A stretch of 64,000 nt of DNA from Octopus vulgaris (GCA_951406725.2 OX597814.1:170996001-171060000), one strand, 5' to 3'; shown: positions 1 to 14,440, numbered from the stretch's first letter. Notes: generated by a model not told the origin, from the letters alone. Program-made: numbers and translations.

Positions 1-274
1 ATATATAATATATGTATATGTATAATATATGTATATGTGTATATATATATATATACACACACACACATACATCTTTATCTATCTATCTATCCACACACAC
101 ACATTTTGTTTCTTTTATATTTATAGGTATTTTTTTCATTTTATATCTGTTTCATATTTCCAATGGAGTGTAAATTAGTTTGAAATATCGAAACATTTCT
201 TTCTGTCATTCACCTTTTTACCAAATTATTTTTTATGTGTTGCTGTTACTACAAATTTGAACGCACACCCATGG

Positions 275-276
<2 letters not shown>

Positions 277-313
<37 letters not shown>
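277..313. repeat. (TG)n microsatellite, representative of dozens of (TG/CA)n, (TA)n, (GA)n, (AAT)n and (GAT)n tracts across the window
   Basis: Pure dinucleotide run. Other examples: (GAT)n 4511-4560, (TA)n 13296-13347 and 38409-38476, (AAT)n about 50325-50378. Confidence 0.98.
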
Positions 314-323
<10 letters not shown>

Positions 324-934
324 CACACAAAGAAAAAGGAGTAAATGCGAGATAGCAGAGGAACTGAATGAAAGAAGAGTAAATGACAGTGAGAAAAAGA
401 AGTTTAAAAGAAAGACAAGAAAAAAAAATTGCAAAAAAACAACAATTAAAAAATGAGTAAAATGAGAGAGAGAGAGAGAGAGAAGTAAATGAAATTGAAA
501 GATGAATAAGTGAATGAAAGCAAAGAAAATGAAAAAGAGCAAAATAAAAGACAATGAAAGAGAGAAAAAGGAAGGAATTGAAGGGAAGTGAAACACTGAA
601 TGAAAAAGAATGAAAGAAGAAAAAGAGAATGACCTGCTCTGGTGGATGGGGGGTGGAGGAGTGGTGGATAATTATTTTAATAATTTTGGTACCACTAAAT
701 ATTTGCCATACTGAAAGATCTCTCCTACTATCCTTGCTACTCCTGCGTATTCTCTTGTGCTAAGTATTTTCTCGGTGGAGAGAGAGAGAGCTTGTGTTTT
801 TTCACAGATATTAATGGAGAAAAACAACTGACTGACTTGTGTATATGGTGTGTGTGTGTGTCTATTCCTTTGTGTGTGTGTATGTGTCTGTGAGTAGCAT
901 GTGTGAGAGGAAGAGCCTATGTATGTAATGTTTG

Positions 935-965
<31 letters not shown>

Positions 966-2050
966 CATTATGTTCATGTGTGTGCGTGCCTATGTTCACA
1001 TGTAAATGAGATGTAATGTTAACGTGTGTGTGTGTGTGTGTGTATATAATGTATAATGTTCGTGTTTTTCTGATGTGATGTATTTTTGCGCAATGCTCAA
1101 GACGGTGCCCCAGCATGGCCACAGCCCAATGGCTGAAACAAATAAAAGCTACGTGGTGCGATGTGCATACTGCATGTGCACATTGTACTGTGCATGTTGT
1201 GTATTCCATAACGTGTATGCACATGTCATTACATATGCAGCACAAAATGTAATGATATTGTGTACATAATATGCTTACAATAAGTAAATAATGGTACGTG
1301 TCTGTGTGTCATAGGTGTGTTTATGTGGTGATGTTTGTAGACACAAGTGTCTGGATATTTCTATGTGATATGTACACGTGTATAACACCCATTTTTGTCG
1401 TCATCATCATCATCATCAGTAGTAGTAATGGTAGTAGTAGTAGTAGTAGTAAAAGTAGCACTGATGATCATTGATGATGGGAGATGATTTCTTTATTTGT
1501 CACAAGGGCAATACAAATACGAGCAAGTAGGCTGGTGAAAGAGGAAAGGAAAGATATCCTGAAGAAGTGGACAAAATAAGGAGGGGGAGAGGAAAAGCTG
1601 AAGACGAAAAAAAAAAATTACAAAAAGGAGTAAAAAAAAAAAAAAGAAGAAAAAAAAACAACTGTGCACATCCCACAATTGCTGCCTAGACAGAATGGCA
1701 GCAGGCAAGGAAGGAAGAAAGGAAGGAAAGCAACTTGGACTGAAATTTATGTCGGAAATCTTTTCCTATGGAGATGTGTGTACGTGTGAGTGTGTCTGTG
1801 TGTGAGAGAGAAAGAGGATACAGAGTTGGGCGGAGTGAGAGAAAAATCAGCAATAGCATTTGAGGTCTGGCCAGTTGAAAAATCAGTAGAAATGGCTTTT
1901 TTAGTAGGAAGGATGGGGTGTGAGGACAATTGGAAGTAGATGGAAATAGCTGCAGGGAAAGAAATATAGAAAAAAAGAAACAACAACAACAACAATAATA
2001 ATAATAATAATAATAGCAATAAAATATTGATAACAACACTGACAATAATA

Positions 2051-2469
2051 ATCCTTTCTATTATAGGTGCAAGGCCTGGAATTTGGAGGAATGGGGCTAA
2101 ATCGATTACACCAACCCCCAATACTCAACTGGTACTTATTTTTTATCGATCCTCAAAGGGCTTGTAAGGCAAAGTCAACCTCAGAAGAACACAAGGATGG
2201 ACAAGGGTGCTAAAGATTCTGCCAGCTCACTGCCTTGATGATGACGATGATGATGATCCCTTCACAAAGCCATCATTTTTTAGGAAGAAGCTATTGGATT
2301 ACATCTACTCCAGGTCTCAACTGGTACTTAAGGTTAGGTTCACATCATCAAAAGGGGTGACAGCAACAATAATATACAACAAAGTATGTAAAAAATAGAA
2401 TTCAGGAAAACAAACAGAATCCTCAATAGTAGAGTAGTCCACCAGAAAGCTAACAATTCTGCCAGCTTC

Positions 2470-2500
<31 letters not shown>

Positions 2501-2958
2501 CCTTTCTACTATAGGCACAAGGCCTAAAATTTGGGGGGAGGGGGCTAGTTGGTTACATCAACCCCAGTGCTTAACTGGTACTTATTTCATTGACCCTGAA
2601 AAGGTGAAAGTAAAGTTGACCTCGGTGGAATTTGAACTCAGAACATAAGGATGAATGAAATGCCACTAAGTACTTTGCCTAGCATATTAGCACTTCTGCC
2701 AGTTCGCCGCCTTATCATGGGATGATAATAATAATAATATTAATCCTTTCTACTAGAAGCACAAGGCCTCAAATTTGTGGGGAGAGGACTAGTCAATTAC
2801 ATCGACCCCAATGTTTCACTGGTACTTAATTTATTGACCCAAAAAGGATGAAAGGCAAAGTTGACCTCAGAGGAATTGGAACTCAGAATGTATCGGCCAG
2901 TAAACTACTGCAAAGCATTTCATCCAGCATGCTAACGATTCTGCTAGCTCACCACCTT
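2051..2958 (-). mobile_element. Array of four same-orientation tRNA-derived SINE copies (family B, tail B1) separated by (AAT)n/(GAT)n
   Basis: The block CCTTTCTACTATAGGCACAAGGCC...CTGGTACTTA...GACCC..AAAGG..GAAAGGCAAAGTTGACCTC...TTTGAACTCAGAA...TCTGCCAGCTCGCC recurs at about 2051, 2270 (degenerate), 2500 and 2743. Confidence 0.85.
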
Positions 2959-3360
2959 GGTAATAATAATAATAATAACAATAATAAAAATAATAATGAT
3001 AATATCTTTGTTTTCTTTATTTAATGATTTCAGACATTGCAACATAAAGCCATAGATCTCAAAGGAGGAGGGGTATTGATAACAAAATAAACATAACACT
3101 TTAATGACCCTGTAATGATGGAAACTGATAAAATGTGACCTAACACCGCAAGGGATTTTCCCCTCAGTGCCCTACCAATTTTGCATTTACAACGAAGAAT
3201 ACTACTACTGCTACTACTACTACCACAATAATGATAACTGCTAATTTTTGATACAGGGCCAGCAAATTTGAGAGAAGAGGCATGTCAATTACCTTTTGTC
3301 TGACACAGTAAAGATTCTGCCAGCTTACTACTACTACTACTACAAATCATCATCATCATC

Positions 3361-3742
3361 AATCCTATCTATGAAAAACACAAGGCTTGAATTTTTGCAG
3401 GGGTGGCTGTGAGTCAGTTACATTGACCCCTAGTACTCAATTTATTGACCCCGAAAGAATAGTAACTATTTTCCCCTACTTCCTTTTTTTCCATCTACAA
3501 CACCTAAAGGAAGGTCTGCAGGTGAAAAAAATTACTGCGAGGAATGTTATGCACAAGTAAATCTCCAAAACCCATCCACACAGATACTGAAGAAATATAG
3601 CAAAAAAAACAATCCATCTTAATATAGACACATTACAGCGAGAGGCTAAGTCAACCTTGGTTCCGATTTTGAACAGAATATAAATGGGACATAAAACTAA
3701 ACACTGCATTGCTATTTGGCCAATTTTGCCACACACTGCCTT
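3361..3742 (-). mobile_element. Degenerate family B SINE interrupted by an unrelated insert of about 180 bp (3461-3640)
   Basis: The B consensus stops at GACCCCGAAAGAAT (3460) and resumes at AGAGGCTAAGTCAACCTTGG (3641). Confidence 0.6.
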
Positions 3743-4510
3743 AACAATAATTGAGCTGTTTGAAAGTATTTCCTAACCAGAGTGTAGTAGTAGTAGTAGC
3801 AGCAGCATTTATGGTGGGATTCTATTAAATGAAGCCATGGTGAAATAGTGTAACATTTATCAGGTTAAAAGGTTACGACCTTTGCTATCTGCAAATATGT
3901 GTAACAGTTAAGGCCAACAGAGAGATGAGATTGAAACTGTGGTGGCGGTCAGAGTAGTTAGTATGTTAAGTTGTTTACAATTGTAATATCTGTATATTCT
4001 GACATAAGAATGGAGGGAAAAAAAAATGTCTTTTAATCACTTTTTTACATTTCCATCAGATTTAATTTATATTTTAACTCCCTTGATACCAACCTATCCT
4101 AGATCAACCCCTAGTTCTATGATACAAAAAACATTTAGTTTTAAAGGATTCATACTTAAGTTAAAACAGCCAATCATAAAAAGAATATTTTTCTTGAGAT
4201 ATGTTCTAAAACAGCAGCATAAAAAAAAAAAAATTAACAAAATCTAGTTTATCTTACTAACGAAATTAATAAGATAACTATTAAGATAACCAAATTCTTG
4301 ATTAATTTCTAAATTAATTAAAACATATATTCGGTGTATTTCATCATAAATAGGGTAACAAAATGGTTATGGCAGATCTAAAGAGAAGGGAAAATCATGC
4401 CATATATCCCTGCAAGGAATGTAATTAATTATACAATAAAATTTTGAAGACCCAGTTTTCAGTAATGTTGTAATATAATTAATAATTAAATAATGACAAT
4501 AAAGACAACA

Positions 4511-4562
<52 letters not shown>

Positions 4563-5571
4563 AGGCACAAGGCCAGAAATTCTGAAGGGAGGAATTGGTT
4601 GTAACCTGATCTCAGTTACTGACCATGATTCATGATTCCGATAGATGCTGTCTTAATAATAATTCTTTCTACAGGGCCTGAAATTTTTGGGTAAGTGGCT
4701 AGTTGATTACAATGAATCCCAGTGCTCAACTGGTACTTATTCTTTATTCTATCAACCCCCTTCAAGAAAAGAAAAAGGATGAAAAGCTGTGTCAACGTCT
4801 GTAGAATCTGAACTCAACTTAAAGAGCTGGAAGAAGATGTTCCTAAGTATTTTGTCTGGTATCTGCCATACACATTGTGTGACGGTGAACAAAATCTAAG
4901 CAGAGATTATCATCAATGTGCGTGTGTGTGTGCGTGTGAGAGTGTGTGCATGCACATGTACACACACATACTCTTTCAGTTTCCAGCATGCATAAACACA
5001 CACTTCTTTCAGTTTCCAGTGTGCACATGCATGCATGCACACACACACACCTCTTTCAGTCTCCAGCTACCAACACTCTCGAAGTTTTGGTCAGCCCAGT
5101 GCTTTAGTAGAAGAGACTTGCCCAAGGTGCCATATGGTGGGACTGAACTTGAAACCATGTGATTTGGGAAGCAAACTTCTTATCACACGGCTGCACCTGT
5201 TCTAAAGATTTTATTAATCCACTGCCCTTGAAAGAGTAACAGAAATAAGGCCAGTTACTATCATGTCATTACATACACACTCGAATAAAAACTGCAACAC
5301 ACATACACTGATAATGTTTATTCACTGTCCAGTAGTAACAACAATATGCATCAGAACTGAAATGGAATGGTATTAGAAAAATGATAATCTGTGAGTGTTA
5401 GCTGTATAGGAGGGAGAGAGGGAGAGTAGTAGATAATTCACAAGTATGTTACATAAACAAACACATAACTGATACCAATTCCATTGAGTGTATCTTTTAT
5501 AGTATAAACTGAAATTTTATAGCAACTAACAATATCAATATATATGTAAGTAAGCATATATATATATATCT

Positions 5572-5729
5572 CATTCATTTGTTTCAGTGTTATTTGACTG
5601 CGGCCATTCTGGAGCACTGCCTTTAGTCGAGCAAATCAACCCCAGGACTTATTCTTTGTAAGCCTAGTACTTATTCTACCAGTCTCTTTTGCCGAACCGC
5701 TCAGTTACAGGGACAAACACATATGGATA

Positions 5730-5762
<33 letters not shown>

Positions 5763-5916
5763 CAGGCTTCTTTCAGTTTCCGTCTACCAAGTCTACTCAC
5801 AAGGCTTTGGTCAGCCCGGGGCTATAGTAGAAGATGCTGAAGGTGCCATGCAGTGGGACTGAATCTGGAACCATGTGGTTGGTAAGCAAGCTTCTTAGCA
5901 CACAGCCAATCCTATG

Positions 5917-5918
<2 letters not shown>
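5572..5918 (-). mobile_element. tRNA-derived SINE, family A
   Basis: Reverse complement of the 9499 copy, with a central (TA)n tract and a partial internal deletion. Confidence 0.9.
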
Positions 5919-5951
<33 letters not shown>

Positions 5952-7067
5952 TAAGAGAAGGAAGGATGAGAAAGAAATAGGGTAGAAGAAAGAGAGATGC
6001 ATACAAGCACCACACACACACATATAATGAAATACACACCCACGCATAGGTACTTATGTGCACATACACACATGTACATACATACAAATATATATTTACA
6101 AATACATAATATGAATATACATACATACAAGCACATACATAAATATATGCACATGCATACACACATACACACGATACGTTAAGCACACACATGTTGGAGG
6201 AAGCTGGAAATGTTTGATAGCTAGGTATGTTGGAATAGGAAGGTATGTCTGCAGCAAGAATGAAGAGGAGGGGGTGGAGGAGGAGGAAGCGGAGATAAAC
6301 TTTAGTAAGGAAATGTAGTGTGAAATATTAAGCAAACATTGGTTACTATATAAACTAATCATGATACTGATAATGACAAAATAGGAACAAGGGATTAGTT
6401 TACGGCAACCAGAAGAGAGAGAGAGGGAAGGAGAGAGAGGGGGTAGAAAGCTTGCATGGGTGGAGAGTGGGTAAAAAAAAAAATTTATACCACAAAAGAA
6501 AAAAAATTAAATATATAAAATATAAACATTGTGTGCCACAGTTGGAGAGTTTGCAAGGAATGGTATGAGGTAGGGGCAGGGGGTGACTATGAAGGCAGGG
6601 TAGGAATGAGAGAGTTAGGGAATTGTGAGATAGGATTAGGTTTTTGGGACTAAGGGTAGGAAAATATAAAGAAAGTAGAGGAGAATGAATAACAACAATG
6701 AAAAAGGAAAAAAAGGAGGTGGAAATACAAAAAAAAAAAAATAAAGAAATTATAGTGTTAAAAACACATCTTCCACACCTGAATTGGCAAAGGGTTGGTT
6801 CCAGAAACAAAAGACTACCCTGTGGGGTACAACAACCAATGATAATAGTTTCAAATTTTGGTACAAGGCCAACAAGTTCAGGGAAGGGGTTAAGTCGATT
6901 ACATCACCCCCAGGGCTCAGCTGGTACTTATTTCATTGACCCTGAAAGGATGAATGGCTAAGTCAACCTCAGCGGAACTTCAACTCAAAACCAATAATTA
7001 TATAAACGAACTTAGTAGATCTGTCAGAATAGATCAGATGCTAAGTAATAAGTTGTATAATGAATTT

Positions 7068-7485
7068 AGGTGCAGGTATGACTGTGGGGTAAAGATGTTT
7101 GTTTCTTAACCACATGGTCCCAAGTTCAGTCCCATTGTGTGGCACCTTGGGAAAATGAATTCAGCAATAGCTCCAAGCCAACCTAATTATGAGTGGATTT
7201 GGTAGACAGGAACTAAGTGGAGGTCCACTGGGTGTGGGTGTGTGTGTGTGTAAGACTACAACTAATCAACCAGTGTTGGTGTGTTTACATCCCTGTAACT
7301 TGGTGGTTTGACTAAAGTGACCTATAGAATAAGTAACTGGCTTTCAAAAAATAAGTTTAAAAAATACTAAACTGGCTTTCAAAAAATAAGTTTAAAAAAT
7401 ACTAGAGTTGAGTCGTGGGATTAAAATTCTTCAAGGCAGTGCTAAGCATGGCTGTAATCTGATGAATGAAAGAAGATAAAAGATA
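7068..7485 (+). mobile_element. Older family A SINE containing a 35-bp tandem duplication (7335-7404)
   Basis: Head GGTGCAGGTATGACTGTGGGGTAA, core CACCTTGGGAAAA, tail AAAGATAAAAGAT. AACTGGCTTTCAAAAAATAAGTTTAAAAAATACTA is present twice. Confidence 0.8.
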
Positions 7486-9204
7486 AAAAAAAGAGGATAG
7501 CTAAGGAGGGTACTGGAGGTGGAATAGAGCTTGGTTGGGAGAGGGTGTAGGTCGAAAATTATCTTTTTTTTTTCCAAAGAGCAAGAACATGGAGGAGGAG
7601 GAGGAGGAGGAGGAGGAAGGGAGAGGCAGGGAGAGAACAGTAGTATCACTACAATCCACTACCTCAGAGACATTTTAACTACATATATAATATCTAGTTG
7701 TCAAGCAAACTACTAGATATTATTTTGTTTACTTTAAAAAATTTTTTTTTTTATCACAAACTCAAGAGTTACAGAGTGCCAACTAGAAAAAGTACAATGA
7801 ACAGAAAGAGTACTGCTAAAGAGAATCTGAAAGAAACAAGAGAGCTTGGGACAGAATTTCTAGTAAATTACCATACCACACTACAGTTATCACTGTTAAA
7901 GCATCAGCTTCATACGATGTTGATGTTAATATTTATACATTCATACATACAAACACACACACACACACAAATATTTTTCAGCTTCTAAGCACACATAAGC
8001 ATAAATATTTATATTTATATATACATGTGTACGCCTATATATTATAGATCATATACGCACATGTATACATATATACACATATACATTGATATACACACAT
8101 TCATTACACACATATACACATACAAGTACATAATACACATTACATAGACACGAATACACATACATAATATTCGCATGTTTAAAGCTTCAATATATATATA
8201 TTATATGTCTCACATATCTATATACACATGCAAGCATGCTTAGATTCTAACATATATATAAATATATACACAGATGTCAAGAAGTGGTGAAGATCAAACG
8301 TAGACACAAAGACACACACATATATGTTCATGCATCTTAATGTCTGTGTTTGTCCTCCACCCACCACTTTACAACAGCTGTTGGTATGTTTATGTCCCCA
8401 TAACTTAGCAGAATGACAAAAGTGACCAATAGAATAGGTACCAGGCTTGAAAAAAAAAAAAAAAACAGAATAAGAGGTACCAGGCTTGAAAAAAGAATAA
8501 GTCCTGCAGTCAGTTCATTTGACTAAAAATTTCTCAAGCTGGTGCCCCACCCAATATGGACAGTCTGATGACAGAAAGAAGTGAGGGATATTTATTGACA
8601 CACATTATACATAAATCCAAACACAGAGACACTAGACATAGGTCCATACACACACGGACACGGAATTCACACGCAAGATGAACAGAACCCCTGAATTATT
8701 GCATGGACTAACAATAGTGACCTGCAGAATCCATGCAACCATTAAAAGAGTATATGATGATGATGATGATGTGCATGTGAGTGCAGTCACACACACACAA
8801 ACAAGGTACATTAAATTAGATATTACTGAGATATTTTCCACCAACCAAAAGTTCTCAAAAGCTTATTATTCAGTAATATGGCCTGCTAGAAAAAGAAGTG
8901 AACAATCCATAAATCTCCCTTTGAAAAAATGCCCTTAGCGAACGATATAGTACTGGACATACAAAAACACAAATACAAAAAAAAAAACAAAAAAACTGGT
9001 CACAACTCTGCTTGATCTGGTCTAATATGGGCTAAACAGTTACAAGTAACCTGTTATAGGGGTTGCATGAGCTGCTAAAAAGGGGTCTATATCTCCTTGA
9101 ACTCCTGTCTTGCTGTGTTGAAAGATGTACAACTGGATAATATTGACTTAGATAATAGTCAAGAGAGGATGGAATAAAGACAAGTAGAACACCTTTCATC
9201 TTAG

Positions 9205-9260
9205 CCAGTCCTTAATCAGAACTGACCTGTGTCCAGTCCTTAATCAGAACTGACCTGTGT
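9205..9260. repeat. Perfect 28-bp tandem duplication
   Basis: CCAGTCCTTAATCAGAACTGACCTGTGT x2. Confidence 0.95.
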
Positions 9261-9498
9261 AATAAAACAACAAACAGGAGGAGGATTGTTTTCAATTAAT
9301 ATATATTTCTTTACTACCCACAAGAGGCTAAACATAGGAGGGACAAACAAGGACAGATCAATGAATATAATGATCTGCCTGTACATAGGCAGTAGTTTCA
9401 ACATTTTGATTAGAAAAAGTGAAATAAAAAAAAAATGACAATAGCACCACCATTTATACCAACTAAAAAGATAAATAAATAAATAAATAGATACCACA

Positions 9499-9911
9499 GG
9501 CGCAGGAGTGGCTGTGTGGTAAGTAGCTTGCTAACCAACCACATGGCTCCGGGTTCAGTCCCACTGTGTGACATCTTGGGCAAGTGTCTTCTGCTATAGC
9601 CCCGAGCCGACCAATGCCTTGTGAGTGGATTTGGTAGACGGAAATTGAAAGAAGCCTGTCGTATATATGTATATATATGTGTATGTGTGTGTGTGTATGT
9701 GTTTGTGTGTCTGTGTTTGTCCCCCAAGCATTGCTTGACAACCGATGCTGGTGTGTTTACGTCCCTGTCACTTAGCGGTTCGGCAAAAGAGACCGATGGA
9801 ATAAGTACTGGGCTTACAAAGAATAAGTCCCGGGGTCGATTTGCTTGACTAAAGGTGGTGCTCCAGCATGGCCGCAGTCAAATGACTGAAACAATTAAAA
9901 GAGTAAAAGAG
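9499..9911 (+). mobile_element. Full-length tRNA-derived SINE, family A (reference copy)
   Basis: Pol III A-box-like TGGCTGTGTGG and B-box-like GGTTCAGTCCC; CORE-like CTTGGGCAAGTGTCTT; central (TA)/(TG) tract; 3' module ending CAGCATGGCCGCAGTCAAATGACTGAAACAA with a (GTAAAAGA)n tail. Highly similar copies at 25864, 29342 and 37626. Confidence 0.93.
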
Positions 9912-10605
9912 ATAAGAAGAGAGCGTAAATTCTTAAAATTACAAGAAACATTACTAGAAATAATAGTAACACTATTAAGAACAACATGCACCTTATAAAG
10001 CAGGAAGAAAACGTGTAAAACAAAATAAACTGCTTCTTTACGAAAATATATTTTGGTACAAGGAAAAAAATTGGTAGAGTAACAGAGATGGGAAAAGAAA
10101 AACTAAAAAAGAAATACAATCGAAATCAAATATAGCTAAAATAATTTCTGTGACAATGAAAATGATTAAAAGCCGATTGAGAAAAGATTTTAGTGAAATA
10201 GCAGACATACCAAGAGAGAAGACAATTAAAATAGTAATTCAAATTTTACACATACGCATGTGTGCATGTGTATATTTTATGTGTGTATGTGTGTGTGTGT
10301 TATCTTTGTTGTTCTAAAGAATTGATTTCATTAACTCGTCTATTTTAGATGAATTTCTTCTTAAAAAACCACTTTTTCATTGTATTATGTGTGTGTAAAT
10401 TTGAAGTACTATTGTAATTGTCTACTTATTGATATATCTGTTATTTCACTAAAATGTTTTTTTTTAATTGACTTTTAATCATATATATATATATATCATG
10501 TGACCGACCAGTCCATCAGATGTAGTTACACATCACTGGTCACAATGCGTTCGCATTGTTTTAGCCTTCGAATGACGCCACCCCGCTGGCTAAGCGAGCA
10601 GGCCA

Positions 10606-10641
<36 letters not shown>

Positions 10642-11696
10642 GCGCATATGCACATGTATTCTTCGAAACACAGAACGTTTGCCTGTCTCTTTTCACATGT
10701 GTTACCCCCTAGGAGTGGTTCTGTTTCAAGTACCCTTTGGAATAAACATGCTGGGTGCCTCAGCAACTAGTTCATTTCAAATTTCAGTATCACATAAAAT
10801 GTAAGGTCCTAAATTACTATTTCAGCTCAAATGGGCAATGATTGGGTCAGCAATATTGGGGCATAATTTTGTTTTTCAACTAAAGCGACACTATTCAAAA
10901 GGCTTTAAACATAAACCATATTTAGCGGCATAAAAGGCACACCGTTGTATAAGTGCCACATATTTAGGAGAAAAGGTTTTTTGAGCATTAAACGTTATAG
11001 GAAGCCCAACTTTGCAGCTCATTTACAACCACCATATGATGTCTATACACAAGAGTACACACACACACACACTTTTCATCTACAAACTCCACTCACAAGG
11101 TTTGGTTGGCTCAGGGCTTATTAAAGACACTTGCCCAATATGCTGAGCACCCTGAGCACATATGACTTAGGGCCTTTTTTTTTTTAGCCCTTTTTTTTCC
11201 TGGAGTAGTGCAGCATAAGGTTCCAATGTGATCATATTAATTTAATGTATTTTCAAATATAGATTTGCAATCTACCACATTTATCTTTTATCACTGTAAG
11301 GTATTGCTTTTTGGAATATCTTAGCATTATCAGGTTATATTTAGGGATAACTTTAAAAACGCTTAGCAACAAAAAAGATCATCATAATAACAAACCAAGT
11401 TTAGATAATATAAACAGGATTTATTATGACTACACCCTTAAAACAACAAATAGCCAACATTTAAAGAAAAACAGATTAAGTACATAAAATGAAAGTGAAA
11501 GGAGTTGATGAAGTGATTGGTATAATGAAAACTTTACTTTTAAGAGCACAAGAATCTGACTAGTCCTTAATTATAATGGAATTCACAGAAATAAAATGAT
11601 GAGGATGATGAATGAGAGCTTTGGCATTGTAAGGGCATCTCAACGTTGATTTCAGTATCACTGACTAGATGACTGGCTAAGTACAGGAAATTGCCT

Positions 11697-12050
11697 TCAT
11701 CATTACCATTTAACGTCCACATTCCCATGCTTGCATGAGTCCGACAGAATTTGCCAAGGTAGATTTTCCACAGCCTGAAGCCCTTCCTGTTATTAATCCT
11801 CACCAGTTTCAAAGCAAGGGAATATGTTTTTCACAGAAGAGTTGAAAAGACCACAAAAGGCACACACACACATATATACATACATTATACACACATACTT
11901 CTTTCAGTTTCTGTCTGAAAAATCCACTCGCAGAGCTTTGGTTGACCCAGGGTTATAGTAGAAGATACTTGTCCAAGATGATGTGCAGTGGGACTGAACC
12001 CAAAAGTGCTGAGTTGGGAAGCTAGATTCTTAATCACACAACATTCCTAC
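11697..12050 (-). mobile_element. Family D SINE (A-type head plus a different 3' tail ending in GAT repeats)
   Basis: A-head at 11900-12050 joined through (CA)n to a tail with GCCCTTCCTGT and CATGCTTGCATG. Same architecture at 17085-17385, 23585-23960, 38580-38925 and 44730-45198. Confidence 0.7.
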
Positions 12051-12618
12051 AACTATCATTTTGATAAAAAAAAAAAAAAAAACCTTTAAGCTGCATTGTT
12101 GCAATCTAATGACTAAATAACATCAAATAAATTCTTTAAACATTATTGGGATTCTCACAGCAGGATAGAATACCTCTGATACTAACAGCCAAAAGATTGG
12201 GATACCAATCTTGCAAAACCTTGAACAGCTTCCATGCAGCTAGAAGAACTATACGCGAGCTAATGATGGAACCTTTATGCAATTGCTGAACAAGCTAGAA
12301 ATAACAGCTGCCTTGAAAGGAAACATGATGGAAAAAAAAAACCATGAGAGACAAAACAATCCAATTCTGTACTACTTCCAAACATAGTGTAAGACTCCAT
12401 GCAGTCCTATGTCCCCTTCACTAAAATTTGAATATTGTATCAAGCAAGTTCGTACAGAGGTTCCTTTGTCGGTTCAAGTGTAGCGTGTATGTGTGCATGT
12501 GAGAGAGAGAGTGAAAGTCCATGACTAAGTGGCTACATTGCTTACTAAATCTTAAAGTGGTTCAGTTTGATATGCTATAACATTTCACAGTCAAGGAAAG
12601 GTGTGGAATGTAAGTAAT

Positions 12619-12653
<35 letters not shown>

Positions 12654-13288
12654 ATCCACCAACTGTACTACATACACTAGACCAACAAGCAACTGATAAT
12701 AAAATTATCTAAAATTTGAATTTCCACTTTTATCCCATGCAGCTATCACCAACATACACATGAATGCATTTATGTATATGTGTGTGTGTGTGTGTGTGAG
12801 GAGAGAGATAGAGAGAGAAAGAGAGGGCTCTATATGTTTTATCAAATGAATTATCTACTTTTCTACTATATGCTATTGAATCAAAGCAAAGAAGATTAAT
12901 TTCTCCATTCAGCTAGAATGATCCTCAATAGGGAACGAAGGAGAAAATATTCAATAAGTATAGAAAAGATTTTATATTAAGAATTACGAAAGAAAATAAA
13001 CAAGTAAATAACAGGAAAAATAAAACAGAAAAAAAGAACAAACAACAGTGGTGTATGAATAAAAACATAACTGTAACAGAAAAGAGTAAATCTTGCTTAT
13101 TCCCTAGTTGGCTTTGAGCCATATCAACTAATTCACAATTGATCTCTGCACCAAATTAAAAAGACTGCTGGGGGTTTCTTGAATCAAACAGTGTTTATTG
13201 CTAGAATAGATTTGACATACAGATCTGACATGCACATAAAACGTCATCATGGGATAATGAGACTGTACATGGCGCAGAAGTGTGTGTG

Positions 13289-13350
<62 letters not shown>

Positions 13351-13536
13351 CATACACTTCTCTGCTGAGTCATTTAGAATAAAGAATAGTTCTGTAGAGT
13401 CTGCTCCGCTCAGACTTGTGTTTCTTTGTTTGTGAAGCAATGTGTAAGCAATAGATAATCTCACACGTACACAAAAGCACACACAGAGCAAACATCTCAC
13501 ATGGTATGGCATGGCATGTAAGGATATTAATTAGAA

Positions 13537-13580
<44 letters not shown>

Positions 13581-13648
13581 GATATATATATGAGGGGAGA
13601 GATAGGATTTGGTACTACCAACAATTAAAAGAGGATTCTAATGACTTC

Positions 13649-13680
<32 letters not shown>

Positions 13681-14012
13681 CGCAAGTAAGATTCTGTCAC
13701 ATTTTACAAATTATTTAGAGAATTAGAAAAAAAAAAAAAAAAAAGAAAGAAGAAAAAAGGAAAAAGAACAAAGGATCGAATTTCAAACAAGAGATAGATA
13801 TATTAACTGAATGAATTAGACAAAAGGAAACAAATTTTCACACACACACACAATTTTCAACAAAATAGTAACTTACTTTCAAATTTTGGCACAAAGCCAG
13901 GTATTTTAGTGGAAGCGTGGTACTCAACTACATCAATCTTAGTACTTAACTACTTTATTTTATCAATCCCCAAAGGATGAAAGACAATGCTGACTTCAGC
14001 AGTATATTACAT

Positions 14013-14044
<32 letters not shown>

Positions 14045-14065
14045 CACACACACACACACACACAA

Positions 14066-14262
14066 AAGAGGGTGCTGAAAAGTTCCTGGCTTTAAGGGTA
14101 TAGTGAAAGGCCTGGTTGGAGACTTTTTACAGGGGTTAGAAAAAGTGAAGGACCCCTGCAATAAGTGTGTGAACCTGAAAGGGGAATATATTGAATAAAA
14201 TCATAACTGATCCTCTTGTGTTTTCTTTTACCCAAAGTCAGTAACTTTTTAGCACCCCTTCA
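14066..14262 (+). mobile_element. Internally deleted mariner-type element (MITE) retaining the transposase C-terminus
   Basis: Imperfect TIRs AAGAGGGTGCTGAAAAGTTCCTGGCTTT / AAAGTCAGTAACTTTTTAGCACCCCTT. The interior translates DFLQGLEKVKDPCNKCVNLKGEYIE*, matching the mariner C-terminal pattern GI..L..RW.KC....G.Y.E. Confidence 0.85.
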
Positions 14263-14440
14263 TGTGTGTGTGTGTGTGTGTAACAATGTATTGGATGTTG
14301 TTATACACCGCTGGTCACAATGCACTTCCTTGCATCGTTATAGCTTTTGAATGAAGTCACCCTACTGGCTAGGTAGGTAAGCAAACACTGTCCTTGGATT
14401 GCATGGCAGTCCATCATAGGGTTACCTATTAAACTCAGGC

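Noticed and set aside
9499-9570. tRNA gene
   Set aside because: It has A/B boxes but no complete cloverleaf, and it is the head of a multi-copy SINE.
10912-10960. Pogo/Tigger-like terminal repeat
   Set aside because: Only a loose resemblance, and I found no matching opposite end.
12604-12622. miR-1-like TGGAATGTAAG
   Set aside because: The match is limited to about 10 nt, with no complementary arm.
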